A DNA stretch of 63,919 bases, the filler included, from Chiloscyllium plagiosum (taxonomy: Eukaryota): the NCBI RefSeq assembly GCF_004010195.1. It is 5 parts of one record of this genome, joined end to end, with 100 filler letters (N's around TTAATTAATTAA, not from the genome) between each part and the next. Parts side by side here need not be neighbours in the genome. Positions count along the whole stretch, not along the records: positions 1 to 16,573 come from NC_057716.1; positions 16,674 to 31,953 come from NC_057716.1; 3 more parts are not named here. One strand, 5' to 3'. Positions 12,795-25,476 of this stretch are shown here, piece after piece. The stretch's first letter is position 1, and every line of letters starts with the position of its first letter. Position numbers and translations under genes: made by a program. Under the pieces are notes generated by a model. That model was given only the letters and a program-made list of their open reading frames with translations. It made no database searches and was not told the origin of the DNA.

Positions 12795-14790
12795 AGTTTG
12801 CAATCTGTTGGAGTTTTTGGGGAGATGTAACTCATAGGGTGGACAGGGAGTAATCAGTTAAAGAGGCAAAGAGTTATAGAGATGTTCAACTCGTCCATGC
12901 TGACCGATATCCCAACCCAATCTAGTCCCACCTGCCAGCACCCAGCCCATATCCCTCCAAAGTTTTCCTATTCATATACCCATACAGATGCCTTTTAAAT
13001 ATTGCAAATGTACTAGCCACTATCACTTCCTCTGGCAGCTCATTCCATACACGTACCACTCTCTGTGTAAAAAAGTTGTCTTTTAGGTCTCTTTTATATC
13101 TTTCCTCTGTCACCCTAAATGTATGCCATCTAGTTCTGGAGTCCCCCACCCCAGGGAAAAGACTTTGTCTATTTACCCTATCCATGTCCCTCATGATTTT
13201 ATAAATCTCTATAAGGTCACCCCTCAGTCTTCGATGCTCCAGGGAAAACAGCCCTCACCTTTCAACCTCTCCCTGTAGCTCAAATCCTCCAACCCAGGCA
13301 ACATCCTTGTAAATCTTTTCTGAACCCTTTCAAGTCTCACAACATCCTTCCGATGGTCTAACCAATGTCCTGCACAGTCACAACATGACCTCCCAACCCC
13401 TGTACTCAATACTCTGACCAATAAAGGAAAGCATACGAAATGCCTTCTTCACTATTCTATCTACCTGTGAATCTACTTTCAAGGAACTATGAACCTGCAC
13501 ACCAAGGTCTCTTTGTTCAGCAATACTCCTTAGGACCTTACCATTAAGTGTATAAATCCTGCTAAGATTTGCTTTCCCAAAATGCAGCACCTCGCATTTA
13601 TCTGAATTAAACTCCATCTGCCACTTCTCAGCCCATTGGCCCATCTGATCAAGATCCTGTTGTGATCTGAGGTAACCTTCCTTGCTGTCCACTGCACCTC
13701 CAATTTTGGTATCTGCAAACTTACTAATTATATCTCCTGTGTTCACATCCAAATCATTTAAAAAATTATGAAAAGTAGTGGACCCAGCACCGATCCTTGT
13801 GGCACTCCACTGGTAACTAGCTTCCAGTCTGAAAAACAACCCTTCACCACCACCCTCTGTCTTCTACCTTTGAGCCAGTTCTGTATCCAAATGACTAGTT
13901 CTCCCTGTTTTCCATGAGATCTAACTTTGCTAACCAGTCTCCCATGGGGAATCTTATCGAGTGCCTTTCTGAAGTCTTTGGACTTCACAAATCTTTTGAC
14001 AAGTGCCCACGTAAGAGATTACTGTGCAAAGTCATAGCACATGGGATTGGAGGACATGTATTGAAATGGTTTGAGAATTGGTTGCCAGTCAGGAAACAGA
14101 AGCGGAATAAATGGATCTTTTTCTAAGTTTCAGTGATTAGTGGGATACAGCTTGTCCAGTGCTTGGACCCCAGCCATTACTGATATATATTAATGATTTA
14201 TATGAAGAAACTACATCTTACATCTTCAAGTTTGCAGATGATGCAAACTTGGGTGGGGGGGTGAACTGTGAGGAGGACGTAAAGATGCTTTAATATGATT
14301 TTGACAGGCTAAGTTGGCAAATACATGGCAGATGCAGTATAATATGGATAAATGTAAGGTTATCCATGTTGGTAGCAAAAACAGGCAGACAGATTTCAAT
14401 CTGAATGGTGATAAATTGGGTAAGGGGAGGCTCAACAAGACCAGGGCGTTCTCATTCATTGGAAATAAGCATGCAGGTACAGCAGGCCATGAAAGTGGCA
14501 CACGGTATGTTGGCATTCATAGTGAGAGGATTTGAATACAATGTCTTCCTGCAACTGTACGGGGTATAGATGAGACCACACAGGAGTATGATGTGCAGTT
14601 TTGAGAAAGGATGTTAGGTGGCGCAAGATGACAATTGAGGGAGTGCGAATTAGGTTAACCTGACTGATTTCTGGGATGGTAGTTCATTTAGTGCTACATT
14701 CATTGGAGTTTAGAAGAATAATTAGCGATCTCACAGAAACTGATAAGATTCAAACCAGATAAAACAGGAAGACATAGCATGATGTTTGCC
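12795..14790 (+). mobile_element. Older CR1 RT fragment split by an antisense CR1 insertion
   Basis: 12803-12860 encodes NLLEF..VTHRVDRE. It resumes at 13978 with LDF.K.FDK.P.KRLLCKVIAHGIGG and later WQMQYNMDKCKVIH. Confidence 0.75.
12870..13976 (-). mobile_element. Younger 5'-truncated CR1 (HER1-like) LINE
   Basis: DFRKALDKIPHGRL...SGVPQGSVLGPLLF, ISKFADTKIGG, WQMEFNSDKCEVLHFG, NFFTQRVVRVWNELPEEV. Confidence 0.92.
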
Positions 14791-15393
14791 ACAGACATGA
14801 AGGGCTGAATAGCCTATTCCTGTACTGTCCTGTTCTAAGTTGTATATGCATAGAAGTTGTTATTGGTGACTAAGAGTTGATAATGACTATAGCATTGGTG
14901 TGTAAGGAGGCTGAATATGGATAGGTGTCTAGATGTGGATGCAAAGTGGGTGACGGATGAGGACAAGCGAGCTTAACAGTCTTTTATAAAATTTGAACAA
15001 AGTTCAGAAACTGAGGTTGTCCTTCTACACAACACACCTTAGCACCCACCTCCTTCCATGTCTGTCACCTAACTGCCTCAAGAGTGGGAGATTTCCCAAC
15101 TCAAGCTTCCCACATCCACATCAAAAATCTGGCCATTGGTGTAAGTGCACTTTGCGAAAAACAGTCTGATTTTCTTTCTCAATGTGATAAACTCCGTGGT
15201 TTTTAATTTTGGTAGCTGTTATAATAGCTGAGACTTGTATCAATATTTTTCCTCAACATCTTCACTGGTATTATGTGTCACTTATCCGTAAATGGTTAAA
15301 ATAATATGTTTCACAGTTGTTAGAATATGTTGACCACTTGTAAGGACATTATTTGAAAGATCATTTGTGAGGAGAATTTTTGAGCATGAAGTA

Positions 15394-15955
15394 TTGTTGT
15401 GGTTCTGTTCGCTGAGCTGGGAATTTGTGTTGCAGACATTTCCTTCCCTGTCTAGGTGACATCCTCAGTGCTTGGGAGCCTCCTGTGAAGCGCTTCTGTG
15501 ATATTTCCTCTGGCATTTATAGTGGTTTGTCTCTGCCGCTTCCGGTTGACAGTTCCAGCTGTCTGCTGAAGTGGCCGGTATATTGGGTCCAGGTGGATGT
15601 GTTTGTTGATAGAATCTGTGGATGAGTGCCATGCCTCTAATAATTCCCTGGCTGTTCTCTGTTTGGCTTATCCTATAATTGTAGTGTTGTCCCAGTCGAA
15701 CTCATGTTGCTTGTCATCTGCGTGTGTGGCTACTAAGGATAGCTGGTCGTGTCATTTTGTGGCTAGTTGGTGTTCATGGATACGGATCGTTAGCTGTCTT
15801 CCTGTTTGTCCTATGTAGTGTTTTGTGCAGTCCTTGCATGGGATTTTGTACACTACGTTGGTTTTGCTCATGCTGGGTATTGGGTTCTTTGTCCTGGTGA
15901 GTTGTTATGACATAACTGCACACAAACCAACAGCCAGTCTCAGACAAGAACTCAA
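15394..15955 (-). mobile_element. Penelope (Poseidon-type) GIY-YIG endonuclease fragment plus pLTR
   Basis: Minus strand reads KTNVVYKIPCKDCTKHYIGQTGRQLTIRIHEH...HEFDWDN...ARELLEAWHS with in-frame stops. Short inverted piece ITAHKPTASLRQEL at 15912-15953. Confidence 0.88.
15432..15471 (-). ncRNA. Hammerhead ribozyme motif (degenerate) in Penelope pLTR
   Basis: Minus strand GCA-CUGAGGA-ugucaccuagacagggaag-GAAAUGUC-UGC; stem I GCA/UGC. Confidence 0.6.
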
Positions 15956-16202
15956 GGAACAAAGGCAGAATCCAAGAATGTGCTTAAGGCGGAGTTAGAT
16001 TGAATATTAATTAACAAGAGGTTGAAAGGCTATTGGTTGCAAGTGGGAACGTCACATAATGAGATCAGCCAGGGTCTCACTGAACTTTGGAACAGGTTCA
16101 AAGGACTGGGTAGTCTACTTCTCCTACAAAACGTGAATGCTCTCATAATTCTCCCCACTGCTATGCAGCTTACAAAACCCACTCCTTTTCCACTCACACC
16201 TA

Positions 16203-16573
16203 GAGTCTTGGAGTCATAGAGATATACAGCATGGAAACAGACCCTTCGGTCCAACTCATCCATGCCGACCAGATATCCCAACCCAATCTAGTCCCACCTG
16301 CCAGCAGCTGGCCCATATCCCTCTCAACCCTTCCTATTCATATACCCATCCAAATGCCTCTTAAATGTTGCAATTGTACCAGCCTCCACTACATTCTCTA
16401 GAAGCTCATTCCATACACGTACCACTCTCTGCGTGAAAAAGTTGTCCCTTACTTCCTATTCATATACCCATCCAAATGCCTCTTAAATGTTGCAATTGTA
16501 CCAGCCTCCACTACATTCTCTAGAAGCTCATTCCATACACGTACCACTCTCTGCGTGAAAAAGTTGTCCCTTA
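16203..16573 (-). mobile_element. CR1 3' end
   Basis: GAGTCATAGAGATATACAGCATGGAAACAGACCCTTCGGTCC tail and 3' ORF2 sequence; runs into a gap. Confidence 0.9.
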
Positions 16574-16673
16574 NNNNNNNNNNNNNNNNNNNNNNNNNNN
16601 NNNNNNNNNNNNNNNNNTTAATTAATTAANNNNNNNNNNNNNNNNNNNNNNNNNNNNNNNNNNNNNNNNNNNN
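16574..16673. other. Artificial 100-bp gap marker N44-TTAATTAATTAA-N44 (also 31954-32053, 46468-46567, 59571-59670)
   Basis: An identical six-frame stop 12-mer is centred between two 44-N runs at four sites. Confidence 0.95.
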
Positions 16674-17425
16674 CTCACTATCTCCCTGGGTCCCACTCCC
16701 CCACCTTACTAGTTTAAATCCTCCCAAGCAGTTCTAGCAAATGTCCCTGCCAGTATGATAGTCCCCTTCCAATTTAGTTGCAATCCGTCCTTCTTGTACA
16801 GGTCACTTCTACCCCAAAAGAGATTCCAATGATCCAAAAATGTGAATCCTTCTCCCATACACCAGCTCCTCAGCCATGCATTCATCTGCTCTATCTTCCT
16901 ATTCCTGCTGGGACTAGCTCGTAGTACTGGGAGTAATCCAGATATTACTACCCTTGAGGACCTCCTTTTTAAATTTCTGCCTAACTCTCTGTAATCTCCC
17001 TTCAGAGTCTCAACATTTTCCCTTCCAATGTTGTTAGTTCCAATGTGGACAATGACCTCCTGCTGGCCCCTCTCCCTGGTGAGAACATTCTGTACCCTCT
17101 CTGAGACATCCTTGATCCTGGCACCAGGGAAACAACACACCATTCTGCTTTTTCTCTGCTGGCCACAAGAAACGTCTGTCTGTACCTCGGACTACAGAAT
17201 CCCCTAACACAATTGATCTCTTGGAAGCCGACGTACCCTTCGTTGCATTAAAGCCAGTCTCAATACCAGAAACTTGGCTGTTTGTGCTACGTTCCCCTGA
17301 GAATCCATCACCCCCTATATTTTCCAAAACAGCATACCTGTTTGAAATGGGTATATCCACAAAAGACTCCTGCTCCAGCTGCCTACCTCTCTTACCCTTC
17401 CTGGAGTTAACCCATCTATGTGACT
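16674..17425 (-). mobile_element. CR1 ORF1 remnant (SGNH esterase domain)
   Basis: IPISNRYAVLE...IVLGDSVVRG, then a frameshift, then CFPGARIKDV...VHIGTNNIG...DLYKKDGLQLNWKG: the GDS, GTND and DGLHL blocks of CR1 ORF1 esterase. Confidence 0.9.
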
Positions 17426-18562
17426 GAGAAACAAAACCGTAATGGGAATATGATTCAGATGGGCTTAGGCTTCTTAATCAGTAATGACCCAATCTGTATT
17501 TCTCAAGCCCAATTTAAAATTCCAGACCTATATATATCCAAAGTATTATTATTCCTTCATTTAAGGAGAGACTGAATTTGGTCACACTGGAAACAGCAAG
17601 CAACAAAGATACTTGGATTATTTCTGCCTGCAGGCAATCCTCAACTTGGATGCACCACAATAAGTCTTTCCGCTTTCTAAAAGAATGTCGGTCAAACTAT
17701 AATAGGCTCATATATAGTATATGAGAGAACAGTATACTCGTCTGTTGCATACCTACACTGAGGTTAATATTTAGTTGCCTGTAAAATGTTATGACGACAA
17801 TCGAAACTAAGCACTGACAAGATACTGTTGCTTCTGCTTTCAGTTGTTTTCTACATCAGGACTGTAAAATTCCCCTATTCATTTGTACAAATACACAATA
17901 CCATTCCCAAAATATCCTGATTTTCACATTAAAAATTCAGAAGATTTAATCTTCAGAAAAGTGCATATTTGAACATTTGAAACTGATAATATAAAGAGAG
18001 CTACCATATTGATTTGTTTTTTCCCTGCAATTATATCCTCTAATTAAAATGATCGAGAATGATTCTTTAAATACTGTTATTGTCACTTCTACAAAATCAG
18101 GGCATATTCATTAGGAAGCTAATTTTGCTTGATGAAATGTAACTTTGCTAATTGCTCTCATTTTTGAAGGAAAATTAAGAGTGTGAGTTTTTGCAGAAAA
18201 GTCTAATTTGAAGAGTAGAAGAAAAACAGTAGATTGAGCATGCTGAGTAATAACTGGATACTTCATGCATACCAATGAGTTACACCTGTAAAAGATTCAG
18301 AGCCCCATATTCTCCCTCACAAGGGAAAGCTTTTAGGTATACCAATAGGATTGCACAGTTGAATTTTGCTAAATTATAATGTAACATGGTGCTGAAATTA
18401 TGAACACAATACAGTAATTTCCCAATGAAGAATTTGATTCCAGTGATTCTCAAATTATTTTAACTAATGCTATTTAACTTGTCATATTGATGCTATTTGT
18501 CAAATTTCCATCTCACTAAGTGTTAAAATGGCCGAAAGGAAAAAAAATGGATGATAGTATTA

Positions 18563-18785
18563 CTAGGTCAGCATTTATTGCCCATCCCTAATTTCCCAGA
18601 GTCAACCACCCTGCTGTGGTTCTGGAGTCACACATAGATCAGACCCAGGTAACGAGGGCAATTTCCTGTCCTACAAAGGACATTAGTGAACTGAATTTAA
18701 TGGTGGGATTTGATCCCAGGTCCCCAGAATATTACCTCTGGATTAGCAGTCCAGTGGTAATATCACAGGACCATTACTTCCCCTT
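18563..18785 (-). mobile_element. Second SINE family copy
   Basis: GGTCAGCATTTATTGCCCATCCC and GGTGGGATTTGATCCCAGGTCCCCAGAATATTACC, the reverse complement of the 5095 family. Confidence 0.6.
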
Positions 18786-18989
18786 AACTGAAGGCAAATC
18801 AAAAAGATAAAAGATTTTTGCAATATGTCTGTCTTTTTAGCAATCATCATTGATTCTCCCCTGTAATTACAGATGATGTCTACCAGTTTAAACTAATCTT
18901 CAGTTGATGGAGGAGTACATTATGGATCCACTAGTTTTTCCACAATGGAGGTACCATGTTGCATGAAGAGTTGGATTTGCAGCTTTAGG

Positions 18990-19620
18990 TTGATTCCCTT
19001 CAACTTTGTCTGTTGCTGCCATTCCACCATGTGAGGCGACTCACAGGGCCTATTCCCTTGATGGATCAGGACAATGCCAAATGGATGGGAGCTTTCTCCT
19101 CCCTGTTAGTGGTGACAATGTCTCTGTGCTTTAAATCAATCAGCATACCCTTCTAACTAACACAAACACAAAGGTGAGAGAGAGTTTTTGGCCTTCCAAA
19201 CATGATGATCTATCCTTCAGAGTCAATTCTTCAGAAACATTGCTTTGATGCTGCCACATACAGTGCTCCGGAGGATGCTCACAATAGTTCGATGGTCCTC
19301 CCATTTGATCTCAAGGAAGATGGTGAATACAAGATCCTCACAGAACAAGACCTTTGTTGACTTCCAGGGGTTCCTATTATCAAAGAAACATTGGCACAGC
19401 TTAAAGAAAGTAATAGTGGCAAAGCTGACTCAGTGTTGAACTTCTCCATTTTTGGTAGAGATGGCTTTGAAGATATGGGAAATACTGAACATGTTCAGAT
19501 ATCTCTGTGATCTTGAATTCATTGTTCTCACAGAAAACCATGTCCACCATGATTATATTTTGAGGTCATGTCCAATCTGTATGTTTAGGCACCAAGGAGA
19601 GTAACCTTGCTATTGCTGGG
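18990..19620 (-). mobile_element. Decayed RTE-clade LINE C-terminal region
   Basis: Minus strand at about 19262-19312 reads EIKWEDHRTIVSILRST, similar to the RTE IxWQDRxTNxxVL motif. Confidence 0.5.
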
Positions 19621-19649
19621 ATATGTCTTTGTCTGTCATTACATAATTT

Positions 19650-20210
19650 AGGAGGCTATTCGGGAATTGTATAAAACTCTGCTTAAATCACACCATGCAA
19701 CTCTAATCATCACATTATGGGAAGGATGTGATTTCATAAGCGATGGTGCGGAGGAGATTTACCAGGATGTTGCCTGGGCTGAAAGGCCTGACCTATGAGA
19801 AAAGGTAAGGCTGGGTCAGTTTTTTTTGGAGCAGTGAAAGTTGAGAGGGGATTTCATAGAAGTCTAAAGGGTTGTGACGGGCATAGATAATTAGTAGGAA
19901 GAAATATTTTCCCATTAAAAGAGGGTTCAATATCCAGGGAAATGAAGGTACAACACTACAAAAAGAGTTGAGGAAAATTATTTTCACTCAGAGCGATGGG
20001 TATCTGTAATTCAATACATGAAACGGTGATGAGTCAGAAAGTCTTGTAAGATTCACAAAATATTTCGATAATTCACTCATATTGCCAAAGCCGCCAGGTC
20101 CGTAGGCCAAAGGTTGGAAAATAGAACTAGCAGTCAGATCTTTGTTGACCAGTGTGGACACAATGAGTCAATTGGCCTCGTTCTGTGTTCTAAGTGTCTA
20201 AGTCATAGAA
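19650..20210 (+). mobile_element. Old CR1 3' fragment
   Basis: GGAGATTTACCAGGATGTTGCCTGGGCTG (RFTRMLPGL) and TTTTCACTCAGAG (FFTQR). Confidence 0.75.
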
Positions 20211-20288
20211 TTGAAGAAATGATGTCATCAAGATTGGCATAGAACCTCTTGATTTCATAGTCAGAAACTGACATGAGGGTGTAGACAC

Positions 20289-20962
20289 CATTATGGACCA
20301 GGCCAGACTCCCTCAAAACATTTCAAAGAAGTAGCTCAGACCCTAACTTTGCTAGTTGCTTTAAGCAGGTGCAGAGTGGATATTCCTGGAGTGATGCAGC
20401 TGGCCCAACTACTTAGTTTTAAACAAAACAGGAATTATTTGCAAGATTACCAAATGAAACACAAACAAAACAGAACACAATATAAAATAACTTAACCTAT
20501 CCGAAAACCCAACAGGCTATCCCAACTTAATGATGCTGTTCCAAATTCCTGCACCAATCCCCATTCACACTCCTTGGAAGAAAAGATAAAATCAAACACA
20601 GGATCTTACAGGAAAGGAAGAGATGGCTGAGAGATTCAACATGGAACACCTTCTTTCATGCAACTGTTTCTTTGATCAGCAGATTCCAAAAAAAAGTCTG
20701 ACTGCTTGCTCTGAACAGCTAAACTGCTAAAACCAAAACAAACCAATCTCAACCAAAGAACAGCAGAGCTAGGAGAACTAGCCACTCCCCTTTCATTGCA
20801 CGTGTGTTTTGTTTTAAACTAGAAAGCCTTTTGCCTGAGGCAGTATCTCAAATTGGCCTTAAAACCCATCAAACCTAGATACCGTGCAATCTGTGTCTTT
20901 ACGACTGCTCTGACAAAAAACAAGGACATCCATAACCTTGTTAAAGGAGTAGCATTGTCCCA
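20289..20962 (-). mobile_element. Solo LTR (Gypsy-type) with 4-bp TSD
   Basis: 674 bp flanked by ACAC at 20285-20288 and 20963-20966, with a TG..CA-like terminus (one end mutated). Homologous pieces at 5452, 45190 and 46806. Confidence 0.6.
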
Positions 20963-21294
20963 ACACTAATCAGAGTAATATGTTGGTTACAGTTAAGATA
21001 TGGGCATAGGGCCATTCATCTCTCATTGATACTCAAAACAACTTGGAAAGCAGGATAATACTTCTGACCTCCTTTTCTAGAAAAAGGTGTACCCTTAATT
21101 GGCCTCTCTTAGCTAGCTGGCCTCAGTGAGCCAGGTTTCGTTAGGAGCAGTGATTTTGATGGCATGTCTCACTAGCTCTTTGGCCATGACAATGGTTAGT
21201 CTTTCTGGATGAACACAATTTGACTTGTTGATAAATATTCTCACAATCTAGCTTCTTAAGCTTGCCTTTGTCTTGTTTCGACTATAGTGCCGAT

Positions 21295-21835
21295 CCCTAG
21301 CAGAGCGCTTTAGGGAACATCTCTGGGACACCCGCACCAATCAACCACATCGCCCTGTGGCCCAACATTTCAACTCCCCCTCCCACTCTGCTGAGGACAT
21401 GCAGATCCTGGGCCTCCTCCACTACCACTCCCTCACCACCCGCCTGGAGGAAGAACGCCTCATCTTCCGCCTCGGAACACTTCAACCCCAGGCCATCAAT
21501 GTGGACTTCACCAGTTTCTCATTTCCCCTTCCCCCACCTCACCCCAGTTCCAACCATCCAGCTCAGCACCGTCGTCATGACCTGTCCTATCTGCCTATCT
21601 TCCTTTCCACCTGTCCACTCCACCCTCTTCTCTGACCTATCACCTTCATCCCCACCCCCATTCACCTATTGTACTCTATGCTACTTTCTCCCTACCATCC
21701 CTTGTCATTTATCTCTCCACTCTGCAGACACCCTGCCTCTATTCCTGATTAAGGGCTTTTGCCCGAAACATCGATTTTCCTGCTCCTCGGATGTTGCATG
21801 ACCTGCTGTGCTTTTCCAGCACTACTCTAATCTAG
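21295..21835 (+). mobile_element. Penelope-like (Neptune-type) GIY-YIG C-terminus plus pLTR with mutated hammerhead
   Basis: RFREHLWD...VAQHFNSPSHS...RLEEERLIFRLGTLQPQAINVDF; CTGATTAAGGGCTTTTGCCCGAAACATC at 21745-21772. Confidence 0.88.
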
Positions 21836-23784
21836 ACCCTGGAGGGCCGATCGTTTAGTGACGCTAAAGGAGAGATGTGTGATAGCCTATTTTTTCAGCA
21901 CCTTTTCTAGCCTCCTGCCCATTCATGATGTAGAGAAGGTGTCCTAAAGAGGGATGCTTAGTTATTGATGCGACAGCTGAAAGGCATCCCTGTCCGATTA
22001 ACTATAACATATGGCCACGTTAATTCGGAGTCTTGGCAGGAGGCTTCCAGGAATCACAGTCTTGCTCCTGTTGAAAATTCTCCATCAGCACAGTAGATTG
22101 CCTTACAGAAGCCAAAGTGACTTTGTTTCATATGGGAACTCCAACAGGCAGGCAGGTTCCTCACAAACCTGGAGGTCAGTGGCAAAGTTCAGTGGCATAG
22201 CTAGCCATGATGACTGGAGCCATTTCCCCGCTTTAACCTTCTTCCCTCTTCACAGCCATTAGGGCCATAGTCTTCTATTGAGGATACCTTGAATTGTTCT
22301 GCGTCTGGAAACTCCTGCTTGACTTTACTGTCAAAAGAGGTCCTAGCAACAGTCCTGAACAGCAGCATTCTCAGGATCATTGGAACATTCAAGCACCTTC
22401 ACCACAGCAAGATGAAAATCCTTGGAGAAGCAATACTTAATTCCTTTTGAGCAAGTGACTTCCTAATTTGTACTGAAACTCAACGTTTTATTGCACACAA
22501 AAACAAAGAGCTATGCATGTGAAACTCTAACACATTTTCTGAAGCAATAATTACCACTTTTGCACACTTGAAATTAGGATTCAATATCATTTATAAAATT
22601 TGTGCCAGCAAAACGCATTTGCCAAGTTTTACAGAGATGCACCCAAACCTTTGTGCATAAGGATCAGCCAGTATATGAAATTGCATTAATTAAGAAAATA
22701 ATTATTATGATTATGGTAAGCAAGCAAATGATACTGTAGAACAACTAAATGTGTGGGCTTCAGATAAACACTTTAAGTCCATTCTGTCATGCATAATTTA
22801 TAGAGGTAAGATAATAACGTGAAGTTAAATTTGTTTAAACAAACTGTTAGCAGCCGTGTTCACTGCATGGTAGCTGACTGGAATGGAATTTATGAGTAAT
22901 TTGTTGCAATTAACTGCAGACAGTTATAAAGAATGTTGTATTGTTCAATTATTATAATATGCAATCAAATTGCTGCATATCTAAACCCAACTGGGCGCAA
23001 GACAGGATGAAAGTATGAGAAGATTGAATATAATAGTAACTGAAAATGAAGATTTTATTTTTATATATATATATACACACACAGACTTGTTAGAATTAAC
23101 AGGCATAAAACTGCGGAAAACTTTCCATAGCTTTTAATGAATAGGATGCAATTTAATTTATAAAAACATAATTCAGTTCAATTCACGTTTACACTAATGT
23201 GGAACTGGAAATGTGGAAAAACAATTCTGGTCTAAAGGTGTTAAGATGAGGAAGTATATTATTTCCAGTGCAGATTGTGTATATATGCATAAAATGTGTG
23301 TTAGTAAACTGAAATCAAAACGGTAAACTAATTTAGCTTTAAAAGTTTAAAATGTATCACTCTTGGAGGACACTGCATTACAGTTGAACTTTTCATTTCA
23401 ACAATTATTACAAATCTTTTGGAAGTTAAAAAAAAATACATGAAATTGTGTAGGAATATATTGATGAAAAATAAATGTTTGATAAAATAAAATGAAAACA
23501 TCTAAAATATGATTCCTGTAACTATATCTTTTCAGGATGGAGATCCATTATAATGAAGTGAATGTACACATGTACATTGAATGAAGGTTAACACAAAAAA
23601 TTAAAATTTGGAATTCAAGTTACACCCAGCAAACTACTTTATCTGTCCTTGCAAGAGCACATCTGTAAGTAGAAGATTGAGGCATTTGGGAATGCGTACT
23701 TGATTTTTGGCATGGTCAGGGTGTACCCGAATCTCCAAACTGATTTCTCTGAGAAAGGTTATCCACCAACAGGGAACACTTGTA

Positions 23785-23985
23785 TTGAATTGAATTGAAT
23801 TGAATTGAATTGAATTTATTGTCACGTGTACCGAGTAACAGTGAAAAGCTTTGTCTTGCAAGCAATAGAGGCAGATCACATAGTTAAGTAGCATAGGTAG
23901 TAAATAATAGGTAAATGGCGGCAAAAACAAAACAGAGGTTTAGGTGAATGTTAAGAGTTTGTGAGTCCATTCAGTATTCTAATAT
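23785..23985 (-). mobile_element. Rex1/Babar-like LINE 3' end with (TTCAA)n tail
   Basis: (TGAAT)6 followed by TTATTGTCACGTGTACCGAGTAACAGTGAAAAGC, i.e. AATAAA then (TTCAA)n on the minus strand. Confidence 0.55.
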
Positions 23986-25476
23986 TATCTAACCTATATA
24001 TATGTAGTAAAGAATGAGAAAAGACATTTCAGTTAAATTTATTATGAAGCTGTCAACAAATGTTAAGTAGTGACCTGGACGCTGGTGATTGCAAGTTCAA
24101 ATGCATATTTGAACTTAATATTTAAAGTTAAAGAAAGGTCAATGCAATGATTATGTGGAATGCCATCTGTCGGTCTTTTAGTAAAAGGAGAATTCCAGGA
24201 ATACTAAAGTGGAAGCGGAATAAAACCTGAGCTCACAACACTGACCACAATCAAAACTGCTTTTTTTCAAAGCCATCTTATGATATATGTTAACCATTAA
24301 TGTCTTTATGAGTAGGTAGAAGGAGTACATACCCTTAATCAGAGTGGATAAATGAGGCCAAAATTAACAAGGGCAAAGCAAACATTTTTAAAATATAGTT
24401 TAAGAGTAATGGAACTTTTGAATCACAAGAAGAAATGTATGCTCCACAATGTTAGAAGCAACTGGGGAAAGTGGATTGAAAATTACAGGAAGAAGGATTC
24501 AAAGACATTGGTCAGAATGTTTGTGGAAGAAGCAGCCCAGCAATCATGAAATGATCTAAACGTTGGTTTCCTTCACAAGTGGTAGATTGTCTGAATTCCA
24601 CCACCAGATGGTTAGCAACTCTCCAGTTCCATCAGTTCCACCAGTGATAGCAACCAGTGCTGCAAAAGGAACATGAAAGTCTAAAGAGGCTAGGGTAGGG
24701 TAGCAATCAAGGGTGGTGATTGTCACTGGTATTAAGTCTCCCTTGGGCAACTCACTTGCAGTTGCCATGTGTTGTGAACAGCCTCTGTCACTGATGATGC
24801 ATAAGCCACAGTGGTTAGAAGATTGTAAATGGTGGTTAGGCCAGATAATGCCTACCTTGTCATTGGCAAAATATTAGCAAAGGCAAACAGTTAACAGCCA
24901 CCGACTGTATCATTTGTAGTCCTCCAAACACCCCAGTAGCTATCAACCCACTCCTGGAATGGTGCAATTTTCACATCATTCTATTTATTATAAAGCTAAT
25001 TAGCAAAGTTAAAGTCAACTCTGGGCTTTTTTTTCGATGGAGCTCATATAAATGCAAACTTTATCACCATCCATTAAAAGATACATCAATGTCTGCTTTC
25101 ATTGTTCTGTGTGTTGACTTCCTGTCTGAACACATCTTCTGTATAGATATGCTTCAGTGGATGACAAATTATAAATGTATTAAGAATATCTGCTAAAATA
25201 AGTTATCAGCTAAATGGGAGAAGCCAGCAATTTAGTAGAAGCATTGGCAAAACCGAATTGCCAAGGCTTCAAAGGTCCAGTTGATCGAGTTTGTTCAAAC
25301 GGTAGTTTAAAGATCCAGTAATAAATGGTAGAACATTAGTTGTGCATCAATAGAGGATAGATGTGAAATGAATTCTGATTTTATGTCTTTATAAATGAAA
25401 AGTGCAACAGAATTATGTGATATAAATAGTTATCAACAAATAACTCATTGAGAAGATAGTCAAGGAACTAAATAAA

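Noticed and set aside
16330..16573. Perfect 122-bp tandem duplication in a CR1 3' end
   Set aside because: It ends exactly at a gap, so it is probably a contig-end assembly artefact.
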